From IMG/VR virus record IMGVR_UViG_3300033407_000066, positions 1 to 37,688 of that record: a stretch of 37,688 bases of DNA; one strand, given 5' to 3'. This DNA is from a virus. Taxonomy: Duplodnaviria > Caudoviricetes. Under the pieces are notes generated by a model. That model was given only the letters and a program-made list of their open reading frames with translations, made no database searches and was not told where the DNA came from. The first letter of the stretch is position 1, and each line of letters starts with the position of its first letter. Position numbers and translations under genes: made by a program. Below, piece by piece: positions 7,724-15,570 of the stretch.

Positions 7724-8157
7724 TGCAACCGTTTTTCTAACTCGTCGGCCCAGACCCCGCCGCCAGCATCACGAAACTCTGCGAGTGTCATTGTCACATC
7801 ACGTTTTAACCCGCGCTGTTCCAACCATTGTTTAGTTCCACTGCGACACGCTCGGGTTATTCTGCGGAATAATGCTACAGAAAAACGGTAATTCTCAGCG
7901 CGATATTCTAATCGTTCAGCGTCAGTCAGCGGTTCTATTTCACCACGTTTTTCTCGCGCGTCATCAATCGCATCTATTAATGTATCGCCATGAGCACACG
8001 CTGTAATGCCGGATAGTTCCACGAAAAATGTTTTTTTTCCGCTACCGTCATCATTCTCATAAAAAACTTCGACGACCTCACCGCCGGGAGCCGTGAATGT
8101 TTCACCTGCGCTCCACAGTGTAATTCCGTCTCGATATTCTGATTTTAATTTATTCAT
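7720..8157 (-). CDS. Conserved phage hypothetical protein (AHGxT...ITxACxxG motif)
   Basis: CAHGDTLIDAIDDAREK and FRRITRACRSGTKQW resemble a domain I recall C-terminal to repeat tracts in phage proteins; GGAG RBS. Confidence 0.8.
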   Translation of the reverse strand: MNKLKSEYRDGITLWSAGETFTAPGGEVVEVFYENDDGSGKKTFFVELSGITACAHGDTLIDAIDDAREKRGEIEPLTDAERLEYRAENYRFSVALFRRITRACRSGTKQWLEQRGLKRDVTMTLAEFRDAGGGVWADELEKRLQ

Positions 8158-8408
8158 TTCAAAACTCCCTCGCCCCCGACCCAGCCGGTTCCGTTGCCGT
8201 TTCCGATGCCGTCTCCGCTTCCGTATCCGATGCCGTTTCCGCTACCGATGCCGTAGCCCCAACCGTTGCCGCTGCCGTATCCGTCTCCGTCTCCGCTACC
8301 GATGCCGTATCCGCTGCCGTCTCCGTCTCCGCTGCCGTATCCGTCTCCGTCTCCGTATCCGCTACCGTAGCCGCTGCCGTAGCCGTAGCCGTAGCCGCAG
8401 TTATTCAT
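8154..8408 (-). CDS. (Gly-X)n peptide 1, 84 aa
   Basis: MNNCGYGYGYGSG...GEGVLK; ATG 8408 overlaps the upstream stop (ATGA). Confidence 0.75.
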   Translation of the reverse strand: MNNCGYGYGYGSGYGSGYGDGDGYGSGDGDGSGYGIGSGDGDGYGSGNGWGYGIGSGNGIGYGSGDGIGNGNGTGWVGGEGVLK

Positions 8409-8809
8409 TTTGAATATTCTAAAACAGATTTCCACGCTTCCTCAGTCATTTCAGCAATCTCAAGTCCCGGGGGGTTTGGGATAGTAACCGATTTCATAAT
8501 CGCACCAATATGATGATCCGCATCGGGTTTCAATCCGTTCGCTGCAACGTCTGATATCGATCCCGTGGTGTCGCGTGTATAAATTTTCCACAATCGACGA
8601 GTCGTGCTGAGCTGGATCACATTATGTTTGAAATCGACTGCTACTACGATACCGGCATGAACGCCTGCGACATTAGCGCGGACAATTACTGGTTTTCCGA
8701 TTAGATTTTCTGCTATTTTATTTTCCATTTCATTTTCCTTTTTATTTTCGTTTAACACCGCCGTCATTGACGCTGTTGATTCGTTCATATACTCGCTGAA
8801 TGTTTCCAT
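8405..8809 (-). CDS. DUF6948-like phage protein
   Basis: IGKPVIVRANVAGVHAG, RRLW, SISDVAANG motifs; true start probably internal (MENKIAE, AAGGA upstream). Confidence 0.7.
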   Translation of the reverse strand: METFSEYMNESTASMTAVLNENKKENEMENKIAENLIGKPVIVRANVAGVHAGIVVAVDFKHNVIQLSTTRRLWKIYTRDTTGSISDVAANGLKPDADHHIGAIMKSVTIPNPPGLEIAEMTEEAWKSVLEYSK

Positions 8810-8967
8810 TTAACTCCACCTTCCATACATATATTTACTCATCCTTCTTCTCCTTCGGTTCAATCACTTCAACCAGCCTCGGGTTTCTCCACGCGCCTTT
8901 CCAAATTTATGAATGCCATCCACCACCGTCGCCCTTGCGCCAAACTTGTGGGGTTTGCGGAGGGGGG

Positions 8968-9798
8968 TCACGAAACCTCCCGGCTCTGAATAATCTTTGC
9001 GATTGCTCGCTTGGGTTGATCACTCTGAAAAAGCCATCTTTGAAATTGTGCCATTGTGACGATAGCTGTTCTGACAAATTCAGGGCAGTCGGCCCGTAAA
9101 TATTTTTCCACGTCAACCCAAAGATAGAGCATCCTTACTTTATCGGCTGAATGTTTAAGATTTCTCTGAGACCAAAACGAGGTCTGAATATATGGGCATC
9201 GTTTTTTAACGAAGTACTTTGCTTGGCGATGACTCATGCCGTGAAGACATCCGCTTCCCATATGGAACCGTTTCGTCCAAACTGATCTGATGGAGCCCTC
9301 ATTTGCGCCCGGACGGTTGAAGTACCTCGCTTGATCTTTCGGGGAAATGATCCCGGCCATCTTAGTGAGTTCAACAATTTGTTCATCGGTCCAGCGAATT
9401 TGTCTGCAACTTTTTGAGAAACCATAATACTCAGGTCGATCAGTAATGGATCTGACATTTTCTTTTGGAAAGGCTTCGATAGTAGCCGACTGGCCGTGTT
9501 CCCGATAGTACTCCAAAACCTCTCTTACAAGTTCGGGTCTATTTCGATACTTCCCGTTTTGGAACCATATAATTGTGCCACGGAACGCGCGTTTCAAATT
9601 TGAAACAGAAACTCCAAGCCTCTGAGCTATTTCATCCCGAGGAGCTTTACCGATCATTGCTTTAGCTTTTCGTATCTGCTCTTTTGTCATAGTTGACTTT
9701 GGCCGCTTTCGAAGGGAATTTGCGCACACCCAACACCATTTCGCATTCCCGTGCTTCTTTTTGGGTCTGAGTTTACAATTGGGACACAACTTAACCAT
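8968..9798 (-). CDS. Zn-finger plus HTH DNA-binding protein
   Basis: CPNC...CWVC followed by RDEIAQRLGVSVSNLKRAF. Confidence 0.75.
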   Translation of the reverse strand: MVKLCPNCKLRPKKKHGNAKWCWVCANSLRKRPKSTMTKEQIRKAKAMIGKAPRDEIAQRLGVSVSNLKRAFRGTIIWFQNGKYRNRPELVREVLEYYREHGQSATIEAFPKENVRSITDRPEYYGFSKSCRQIRWTDEQIVELTKMAGIISPKDQARYFNRPGANEGSIRSVWTKRFHMGSGCLHGMSHRQAKYFVKKRCPYIQTSFWSQRNLKHSADKVRMLYLWVDVEKYLRADCPEFVRTAIVTMAQFQRWLFQSDQPKRAIAKIIQSREVS

Positions 9799-9979
9799 TT
9801 AGAATCCTCTTCAAAAGCCATGAGATTTCATGATTGACCTTTTCGATAATTCTAAACATTTTGATGAGTTCTAAGTCGCTTAAATTTTTTTCTTTTCCGC
9901 GATCCAACGTGTCTCTCATAGAGACTATTTTTTGAACCCTACGCTTTTCTTTCTGATTAAGATCCAATGTTAAATTCAT
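9791..9979 (-). CDS. Hypothetical protein
   Basis: Tightly packed in the operon. Confidence 0.65.
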   Translation of the reverse strand: MNLTLDLNQKEKRRVQKIVSMRDTLDRGKEKNLSDLELIKMFRIIEKVNHEISWLLKRILNG

Positions 9980-10279
9980 TTACTGCCCTTTGTTCAAATA
10001 CTTGGAAGCTGCGATTGCAGTTTTTATTGTAAGATTGAGGTTTTGAACGCAGTTACATGCGGCATTAACGGTCTCGGGTGAGATCTCTTCCTTTGTCACA
10101 TTTTTCATCAAATACTGGAGATGCTCCACGGTTTCAGTGACCTTAAACTGAGAATCGATAAATAATACAGCGTCCTTCCTTCTTTCGGTGTCCTCTTCTT
10201 CTAGCGTCAAAGCCCTTTTTTTCGTTGCAATAATGTCTCGATCACCCATTGTTTTGTTTCCTCCTTGGCTCTTAGCCAT
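9980..10279 (-). CDS. Hypothetical protein
   Basis: ORF; AAGGAGG RBS favours internal start MGDRDII (10249). Confidence 0.7.
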   Translation of the reverse strand: MAKSQGGNKTMGDRDIIATKKRALTLEEEDTERRKDAVLFIDSQFKVTETVEHLQYLMKNVTKEEISPETVNAACNCVQNLNLTIKTAIAASKYLNKGQ

Positions 10280-10647
10280 CCGATAAACTCAGTAAATTCA
10301 ATATTTAGTTTTTCTTGAAGTTTTTCGTCTCCAATATCTCGATTGCTGTCGTCGTAAGCATGTCGATTGACTGCTCCACTTCCCGCACACACAAAATCAA
10401 AATACGAAGATTCGATTTCACTTGATTCTGAAACCGGATTTTTTCCAAATTCCCTAACATAGTAGCGCTCCATCCAGTGGTCTCGGTATTGAGACCTCTT
10501 AGCGTTTCTAATAAGTTGCTCAATACCCTCCTGTGATCCGGAGACAAGCTCAAGCAAAACCTCTTGAACGACATCATCGATATCCCGTTCGAGCCCCATT
10601 CCGGATAGCGTTGCTCTAATTCGTTTTTCTGTTTCATTCCAATCCAT
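10207..10647 (-). CDS. Sigma70/ECF region-2-like protein lacking obvious region 4
   Basis: DIDDVVQEVLLEL...LIRNAKRSQYR resembles the ECF region 2 pattern (EDxxQE...xRN...R). Confidence 0.55.
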   Translation of the reverse strand: MDWNETEKRIRATLSGMGLERDIDDVVQEVLLELVSGSQEGIEQLIRNAKRSQYRDHWMERYYVREFGKNPVSESSEIESSYFDFVCAGSGAVNRHAYDDSNRDIGDEKLQEKLNIEFTEFIGWLRAKEETKQWVIETLLQRKKGL

Positions 10648-10897
10648 CGCCTTCTCTTGCTGGTATTCTTATTTTTGACAACCCTTTAATTTTCATCACC
10701 AATGTCGTTCGTTTTATTTTCAGTAATCGTGCTGCGTAAGTTTTTTGGTATTCTGATTTTGTTAATGCATCTTCCAATGCTAAGAATTCAATTGTTTGAA
10801 GCAATTTATTCAACCCATGTTTTTGACTCATCTCCACGATGGTTTTCTTTGTCCCTGTATCCAACTCAATTGGCGGTGCGAGCGGGTCATGACGCAT
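10634..10897 (-). CDS. Stand-alone Fis-type HTH protein
   Basis: LEDALTKSEYQKTYAARLLKIKRTTLVMKIK; GAAGGAG RBS. Confidence 0.85.
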   Translation of the reverse strand: MRHDPLAPPIELDTGTKKTIVEMSQKHGLNKLLQTIEFLALEDALTKSEYQKTYAARLLKIKRTTLVMKIKGLSKIRIPAREGDGLE

Positions 10898-11205
10898 TCT
10901 CCTTCTGTGGAATTGTCAGGGCCCTCGTGACCGTATGCGTGTCGTTCACCCGGTACTCGAAATAACAACCCAGGGTTGTCAGGATCTTCTAATGTTAAAA
11001 TAGAATTGTAGGCCCACTGAGGAGGGATGACATGATACGATTCACAGCATGCGATGAAATCAGCGTGATACAATGCACCGTTGCCGGATGTTCGTCCGGG
11101 AGCATCTTGAACTAATTGATACCGATCCGTCCATTTATGAAAATCTAAAAACATCGGGGTGGGGTCGGTCATAAAACCACTAACACCAAAACAGCAGTTG
11201 CACAC
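10828..11205 (-). CDS. Hypothetical protein, possibly truncated
   Basis: ORF whose 3' end runs 70 nt into the Fis-HTH gene. Confidence 0.45.
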   Translation of the reverse strand: MCNCCFGVSGFMTDPTPMFLDFHKWTDRYQLVQDAPGRTSGNGALYHADFIACCESYHVIPPQWAYNSILTLEDPDNPGLLFRVPGERHAYGHEGPDNSTEGECVMTRSHRQLSWIQGQRKPSWR

Positions 11206-11242
11206 AGACTAGCTAAACACATTAATTCAATCGATGTTAGAT

Positions 11243-11491
11243 TCAATGCTCGATACTCCCTTTTCTTTCAACACATGCTTTTTCTAATTCGTTTTTCTCT
11301 TGTATCCAATTTAATAAATTTTTCAACTCTAAAACAGTCCATCGAAGCGTTGCAACTAGCCCTTCGGTGTATGCAATTTCATCGTTTGGAATATTCAACT
11401 TTTTCTGTTGTGTCAGTTCGTAGGTTTCTAAATCTAATTCGTTGTTTACTTTATCAATGAGTTTCTGAGTTTTGTTATAAAATGTTTCCAT
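11243..11491 (-). CDS. Hypothetical helical protein
   Basis: 82-aa ORF in the operon. Confidence 0.65.
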   Translation of the reverse strand: METFYNKTQKLIDKVNNELDLETYELTQQKKLNIPNDEIAYTEGLVATLRWTVLELKNLLNWIQEKNELEKACVERKGSIEH

Positions 11492-11496
11492 ATCAG

Positions 11497-11697
11497 TTAA
11501 ACCGCCTGGGACTGAATGGCATGTTTCGCTCGATACAAAATCCTGATCTCATCGCTCCACGGGTGTAGATTAATTTCACGATGGCCATAAGTGCATTGAG
11601 TACATCTAAAAAAAAACAATCTTTCACAATCACTCAATAACAATCCGTTGTTTCGTCTAGCAATCACTACACCTGTATTTTTACAATGTTCACACAT
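11497..11697 (-). CDS. Small Zn-finger protein
   Basis: CEHCKNTG...FRCTQC; GGGGGA RBS. Confidence 0.7.
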   Translation of the reverse strand: MCEHCKNTGVVIARRNNGLLLSDCERLFFFRCTQCTYGHREINLHPWSDEIRILYRAKHAIQSQAV

Positions 11698-12313
11698 TAT
11701 CCATTCCCCCTTATTTTTTTTGATTTATTCTAAAGTTAATTATAAAAAAATTTCTCTAAGATTAGTTTTATTTTTTTTTGTTTTAGAATCCAGTTTTCTC
11801 TGACTCTTTTTTTTTGTTTCTAAAAAAAATCCTAAACAAATACTTTTTATCTAGGGGAATAAGAATCATCGAGGGAGGAAAAAAACAATCCCCCCTCTTC
11901 ATGCATTCGGTGGTGAACGCAGGAACCCTAAGAGAAGACTTGTTTTTTTTAAAGAAAACAACTCAAAACGCGGCTTTATTCGGTGGAAGGTCACTCCTGT
12001 AAAAACAAAAACAAATCTCTTAGAGGCGAACCCGTGCCTAGTGTCCCGATGCTATTACATCAAGCGAGAGCCCAGTTGTTAGGTGGGCATCCTATTACCC
12101 CGGATTGAACCGGACGCGTCCTCCAGTGCGCAACATGCTTCCGTATGGAGCCACGCTGTCACCCCTCTGTGTGTCGTTGCGAGCAGTACTCCAACAACTA
12201 TGCTACCTGTCTTAAAAAAAAACAGGGAGACCCCAAGGGTCCACACTATTACTCTCGCCAGAGGCAGGTCTAATTAGCCGCCGTGCTTTAGGGTTCACAA
12301 AGAAACCCCCGTG

Positions 12314-12335
12314 CGTAAATGATTCGTAAATGATT
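12314..12335. repeat. Tandem 11-bp direct repeat
   Basis: CGTAAATGATT x2 in the divergent intergenic region. Confidence 0.7.
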
Positions 12336-12399
12336 TTTTTATAGACATCAATCACATTCTCATGGCATTTATAATCAACACATAAACACTCGATCTTCC

Positions 12400-12442
12400 A
12401 ACCCCGACTCGTATCCTATTGCAAGTCGGGGTTTTTTATTTT
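12400..12442 (+). terminator. Intrinsic terminator-like hairpin upstream of ssb
   Basis: AACCCCGACT-14 nt-AGTCGGGGTT followed by TTTTATTTT. Confidence 0.7.
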
Positions 12443-12484
12443 ACAGCCACTATTCAAATGTTTTTAAACGAGGAGTGTTAAACC

Positions 12485-12817
12485 ATGTTCATTTACATAG
12501 CTTATGGTGAGTGTGTCGACTTTCAACTACATGAAACCAAAGCCGGGAAATCATTTCATAAAGTTTTAATAAAAGACCTGTATGAAAAACGTTTAGAATT
12601 TTCTCTATGGCCCGACGAATCAGGTAAACGGGTAGTGGGAGACATCACCGTGGGTTGTAAATTGTGTGTTCATGGCGTCATCAACTCTAGAGAATACAAC
12701 GGCAAACACTACACAGACGTGGCTGCAACACGCGTTGAAGTTCTCACCGCTCCGATCCAAATTCAACCTCAACATCAAAGTACTCCGGAATTTGATTTAG
12801 ACGACATCCCGTTCTGA
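12485..12817 (+). CDS. ssb: Single-stranded DNA-binding protein
   Basis: OB-fold pattern VHGVINSREYNGKHYTDV and acidic tail DLDDIPF; GAGGAG RBS. Confidence 0.88.
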   Translation: MFIYIAYGECVDFQLHETKAGKSFHKVLIKDLYEKRLEFSLWPDESGKRVVGDITVGCKLCVHGVINSREYNGKHYTDVAATRVEVLTAPIQIQPQHQSTPEFDLDDIPF

Positions 12818-12864
12818 CACCATGCATAGTTTTTTTTTTACAATTCACAATTATCATTCTCTAC

Positions 12865-13101
12865 ATGAATACCAGTGCACTATTGATGATTATCATTTCT
12901 CTCGGCTGTCAAACCAAACCATTTTTAGAACTGCGACCCAACCGACTCGCTGACGAACAATTCACGTGTATCGTTCAAAAATACGAGTGCCTTGGCATTG
13001 ACCCTGATTCTATAAATCCATCGCTTAAAATCGACGCTAGCCGCGTTTCCGAGTGTCTCAAAACTCCTTCCCCTTGCCCGAGACCAGCATGGATGTGTTA
13101 A
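12865..13101 (+). CDS. Putative lipoprotein
   Basis: Hydrophobic N-terminus ending SLGC. Confidence 0.55.
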   Translation: MNTSALLMIIISLGCQTKPFLELRPNRLADEQFTCIVQKYECLGIDPDSINPSLKIDASRVSECLKTPSPCPRPAWMC

Positions 13102-13307
13102 TACAAGATCTATATTATCAAGAGATGTTTACCGAGTTATCACTCATGCGTGACAAAATGAGTCATGAATATTGGAAAATACTATTGCTACGAGATGGGT
13201 TTTTATACGACTGGAATGATATCGCATTCTATTTTGATACCACTCCTCACCACGCGCTCAACATCTATCGTGACGCATCGAATACATTGAACATGCTGAA
13301 AAAATGA
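13089..13307 (+). CDS. Sigma70 region-4-like HTH protein
   Basis: KMSHEYWKILLLRDGFLYDWNDIAFYFDTTPHHALNIYRDASNTL fits the region 4 spacing; ATG 13089 within ORF 13053..13307. Confidence 0.55.
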   Translation: MDVLIQDLYYQEMFTELSLMRDKMSHEYWKILLLRDGFLYDWNDIAFYFDTTPHHALNIYRDASNTLNMLKK

Positions 13308-13526
13308 TATTCTGTCACTGGCCTCGTAACTCAGTGGCAGCAGTGACCCCCGTCGTTCCATGGACGGACTCCTTACACGGTTTCACGGACGGAAATGGGT
13401 AGTCGTTGGTTCGATCCCAACCGAGGCCACCAAAAAAAACCCCAAGGAAAAATATTATTTCTCCCTCGGGGTCAGCATAAGTCAAAAAAATGATCGGAGT
13501 TATCAATCATCTTCATGGGTTCATTA

Positions 13527-13919
13527 TTATATGTGCTCATTAATTTCAACCGTAATAAAACCACTGCCTCTCGGAGCTTTCACCCACTCAAAATCAGGCA
13601 TTCCAATGTTTTCCATTTTATCGTTTTCTATAATTCTATGGTACGTCAATGCATCGCACACCCACTTGAAACTCGACACTAAACCATCATAATCTGGACA
13701 CGTGCTTGAATGCCGAATGAATTTTAACTTCGCTTTTTTTAGGGGTTTCGTTGGCCTTTTATGTTTTGGAATTGTTAGACCCACAGACGTAAACCAAATA
13801 TTTTTCTCTTTTGTAGCTAAACTCCAATGACGCCTCAAAAGCTGATTCGTTGATTTAGGTAAACCGGAAATGTTTATTTTAACGTGATAGGCGGCCTTCG
13901 ATATTACTGAGTCGTTCAT
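13527..13919 (-). CDS. RusA-like Holliday junction resolvase/endonuclease
   Basis: LPKSTN, PDYDGL...KWVCDAL...IIEND motifs. Confidence 0.8.
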   Translation of the reverse strand: MNDSVISKAAYHVKINISGLPKSTNQLLRRHWSLATKEKNIWFTSVGLTIPKHKRPTKPLKKAKLKFIRHSSTCPDYDGLVSSFKWVCDALTYHRIIENDKMENIGMPDFEWVKAPRGSGFITVEINEHI

Positions 13920-14127
13920 TTGTTTTTTTTAATTCATCGTAAATTTTTGTTTTTAACAATTTAGTTTCTGAATCATTAGTTTCCACTCTTTTAGTTAAAC
14001 TCTCTCCCTCTGTTCGAGTAAAAATGTACCCGTGCGTGTACGACACAAAACCCAACGTTAACGTCACTGCCATTGTTATCGCAGACACTACCGTTGCTGA
14101 AATCCAGGCTTGTAGATTCATAGTCAT
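13879..14127 (-). CDS. Single-TM plus coiled-coil membrane protein (holin-like?)
   Basis: N-terminal hydrophobic helix and C-terminal NERLSNIEGRL coiled coil. Confidence 0.6.
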   Translation of the reverse strand: MTMNLQAWISATVVSAITMAVTLTLGFVSYTHGYIFTRTEGESLTKRVETNDSETKLLKTKIYDELKKTNERLSNIEGRLSR

Positions 14128-14159
14128 AATGTTAACCCCCAGCTCGATCGGAGTAAACT

Positions 14160-14429
14160 ATGTCAAATGAAATTTGTTGTCCACAATGTGGAGGGTACGG
14201 CGAAACTCTCGACCCACCTATCGACGGGACTTTCTGCGGGTATTTAAAATCCTGTTCAGCTTGTAGCGGGACTGGAATTAAAATTACATACTGCGATGAC
14301 GAAATAAAAAAAATACTCGTCTCAGATAAAGTCAGAATACAAAAAAAACATATTAATAATCAAACGAAGTTTAATAAAGCATTGCATGCTGCGATAGATG
14401 CTATAAAAGACGTTTATAAAAGGTCATGA
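14160..14429 (+). CDS. CxxCxGxG zinc-finger protein
   Basis: CPQCGGYG...CSACSGTG; GGAG RBS. Confidence 0.75.
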   Translation: MSNEICCPQCGGYGETLDPPIDGTFCGYLKSCSACSGTGIKITYCDDEIKKILVSDKVRIQKKHINNQTKFNKALHAAIDAIKDVYKRS

Positions 14430-15130
14430 AACAAACCATGAAAAATCGATCTGACAATTTAGACAAACTCGCTACGGCGTTATCAAAAGCTCAAGGTGAA
14501 ATGGAATTTGCCAAAAAAGATTCTGAAAACCCGTATTTCAAATCAAAATATGCCGACCTCGCATCGGTGTGGTCTGCTTGTCAGGAGCCACTAAAAAATA
14601 ATGGATTATCTGTGACGCAAACGTTTGATTCATCCGAGATCGGAGTCAAAATTGTTACTACTCTATTACATGCTAGTGGGCAGTGGTTGTCAGGAGAACT
14701 AGTCATTCGTCCGGTAAAACTGGACCCTCAAGGCATTGGATCAGCAATAACGTATGGTCGTCGGTACAGCCTGGCTGCAATCGTCGGAGTAATTCAGGAT
14801 GATGACGACGCGGAGGCCGCGCAGGGTCGTATTGATAATAATACAATGCCTGGTCAGCGCTCAAACCCCATTGCACTGAATAAATCTGTCGATGCCAGTG
14901 GGACAAATAAATCTGACTCAATATCAACCCCCCAATTGAAAAGACTGCACGCTATCGCATCGGTGAATAAATGGACCCCTGAACAGTTGAAACACACCTA
15001 CACCACATTACTAAAGGTTCAGTCAGCAAAGTCTTTGAGTCAAAAACAATATGCATGGCTTGTGGGAAAAGTTGAAAACACTGATTTTGATTCTCTTATA
15101 AAAACCTATAAAGAAAAAATGGGGATCTAA
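14426..15130 (+). CDS. erf: ERF family ssDNA-annealing recombinase
   Basis: NPYFKSKYADL, TTLLHASGQWL, PQGIGSAITYGRRYSLAAIVGV, DDDA. Confidence 0.95.
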   Translation: MKQTMKNRSDNLDKLATALSKAQGEMEFAKKDSENPYFKSKYADLASVWSACQEPLKNNGLSVTQTFDSSEIGVKIVTTLLHASGQWLSGELVIRPVKLDPQGIGSAITYGRRYSLAAIVGVIQDDDDAEAAQGRIDNNTMPGQRSNPIALNKSVDASGTNKSDSISTPQLKRLHAIASVNKWTPEQLKHTYTTLLKVQSAKSLSQKQYAWLVGKVENTDFDSLIKTYKEKMGI

Positions 15131-15570
15131 ATTGTTTGTGAAATTAAAACAGACGTATCCACTTCTAACCACCATGCCAGGAATAGGTTAATGGGGATAT
15201 TGGGACAACTTTTTCCTTGAGCTATGGCACTAGGGAATTGATTGTGCATATAGATGGCCCACCTTGGTACACCGTAGGTCATACATATCGTTTGTAGGTT
15301 AGTGCGCAGCGAGTTGAATTGATGTAACGTAAACTTGTCTGTGCCTATCAAACAGATCCCAATATTATTTTCATTGTCTCCCGAAACGTGAGCGCCTTGC
15401 CGGTTCAGCGATCGTCCGCGTTCCACTTCACCATCGGGTTGAATGATCATGTGATACCCAATGTCTGACCAACCGTTATCGTCTACATGCCATTTACGAA
15501 TGGTATCGGCTGGGCAACGAATACCGTTGGGAGTGGCTGAACAATGAATAGTAATGCGATCGGCATTCAT
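15127..15570 (-). CDS. Endolysin, N-acetylmuramoyl-L-alanine amidase (T7-lysozyme-like)
   Basis: IHCSAT, GWSDIGYH, GAHV, IGICLIG, H...KSCP. Confidence 0.95.
   Translation of the reverse strand: MNADRITIHCSATPNGIRCPADTIRKWHVDDNGWSDIGYHMIIQPDGEVERGRSLNRQGAHVSGDNENNIGICLIGTDKFTLHQFNSLRTNLQTICMTYGVPRWAIYMHNQFPSAIAQGKSCPNIPINLFLAWWLEVDTSVLISQTI

Noticed and set aside
6965-8408. Complete diversity-generating retroelement
   Set aside because: No reverse transcriptase, accessory gene or TR/VR pair differing only at adenines was found in the window.
7071-8413. Arg-, Pro- and Ala/Thr-repeat ORFs (7071..7466, 7160..7693, 7143..7391, 8093..8413)
   Set aside because: Shadow frames of the stop-free hexamer repeat; only the Gly-X frame has RBSs and ATGA coupling.
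11814-12277. Short ORFs 11814..12002 and 12083..12277
   Set aside because: Non-ATG starts, no clear RBS, no recognisable motifs; the region looks non-coding.
13315-13692. ORFs 13315..13506 and 13360..13692
   Set aside because: Mutually overlapping with weak starts; neither can be supported.
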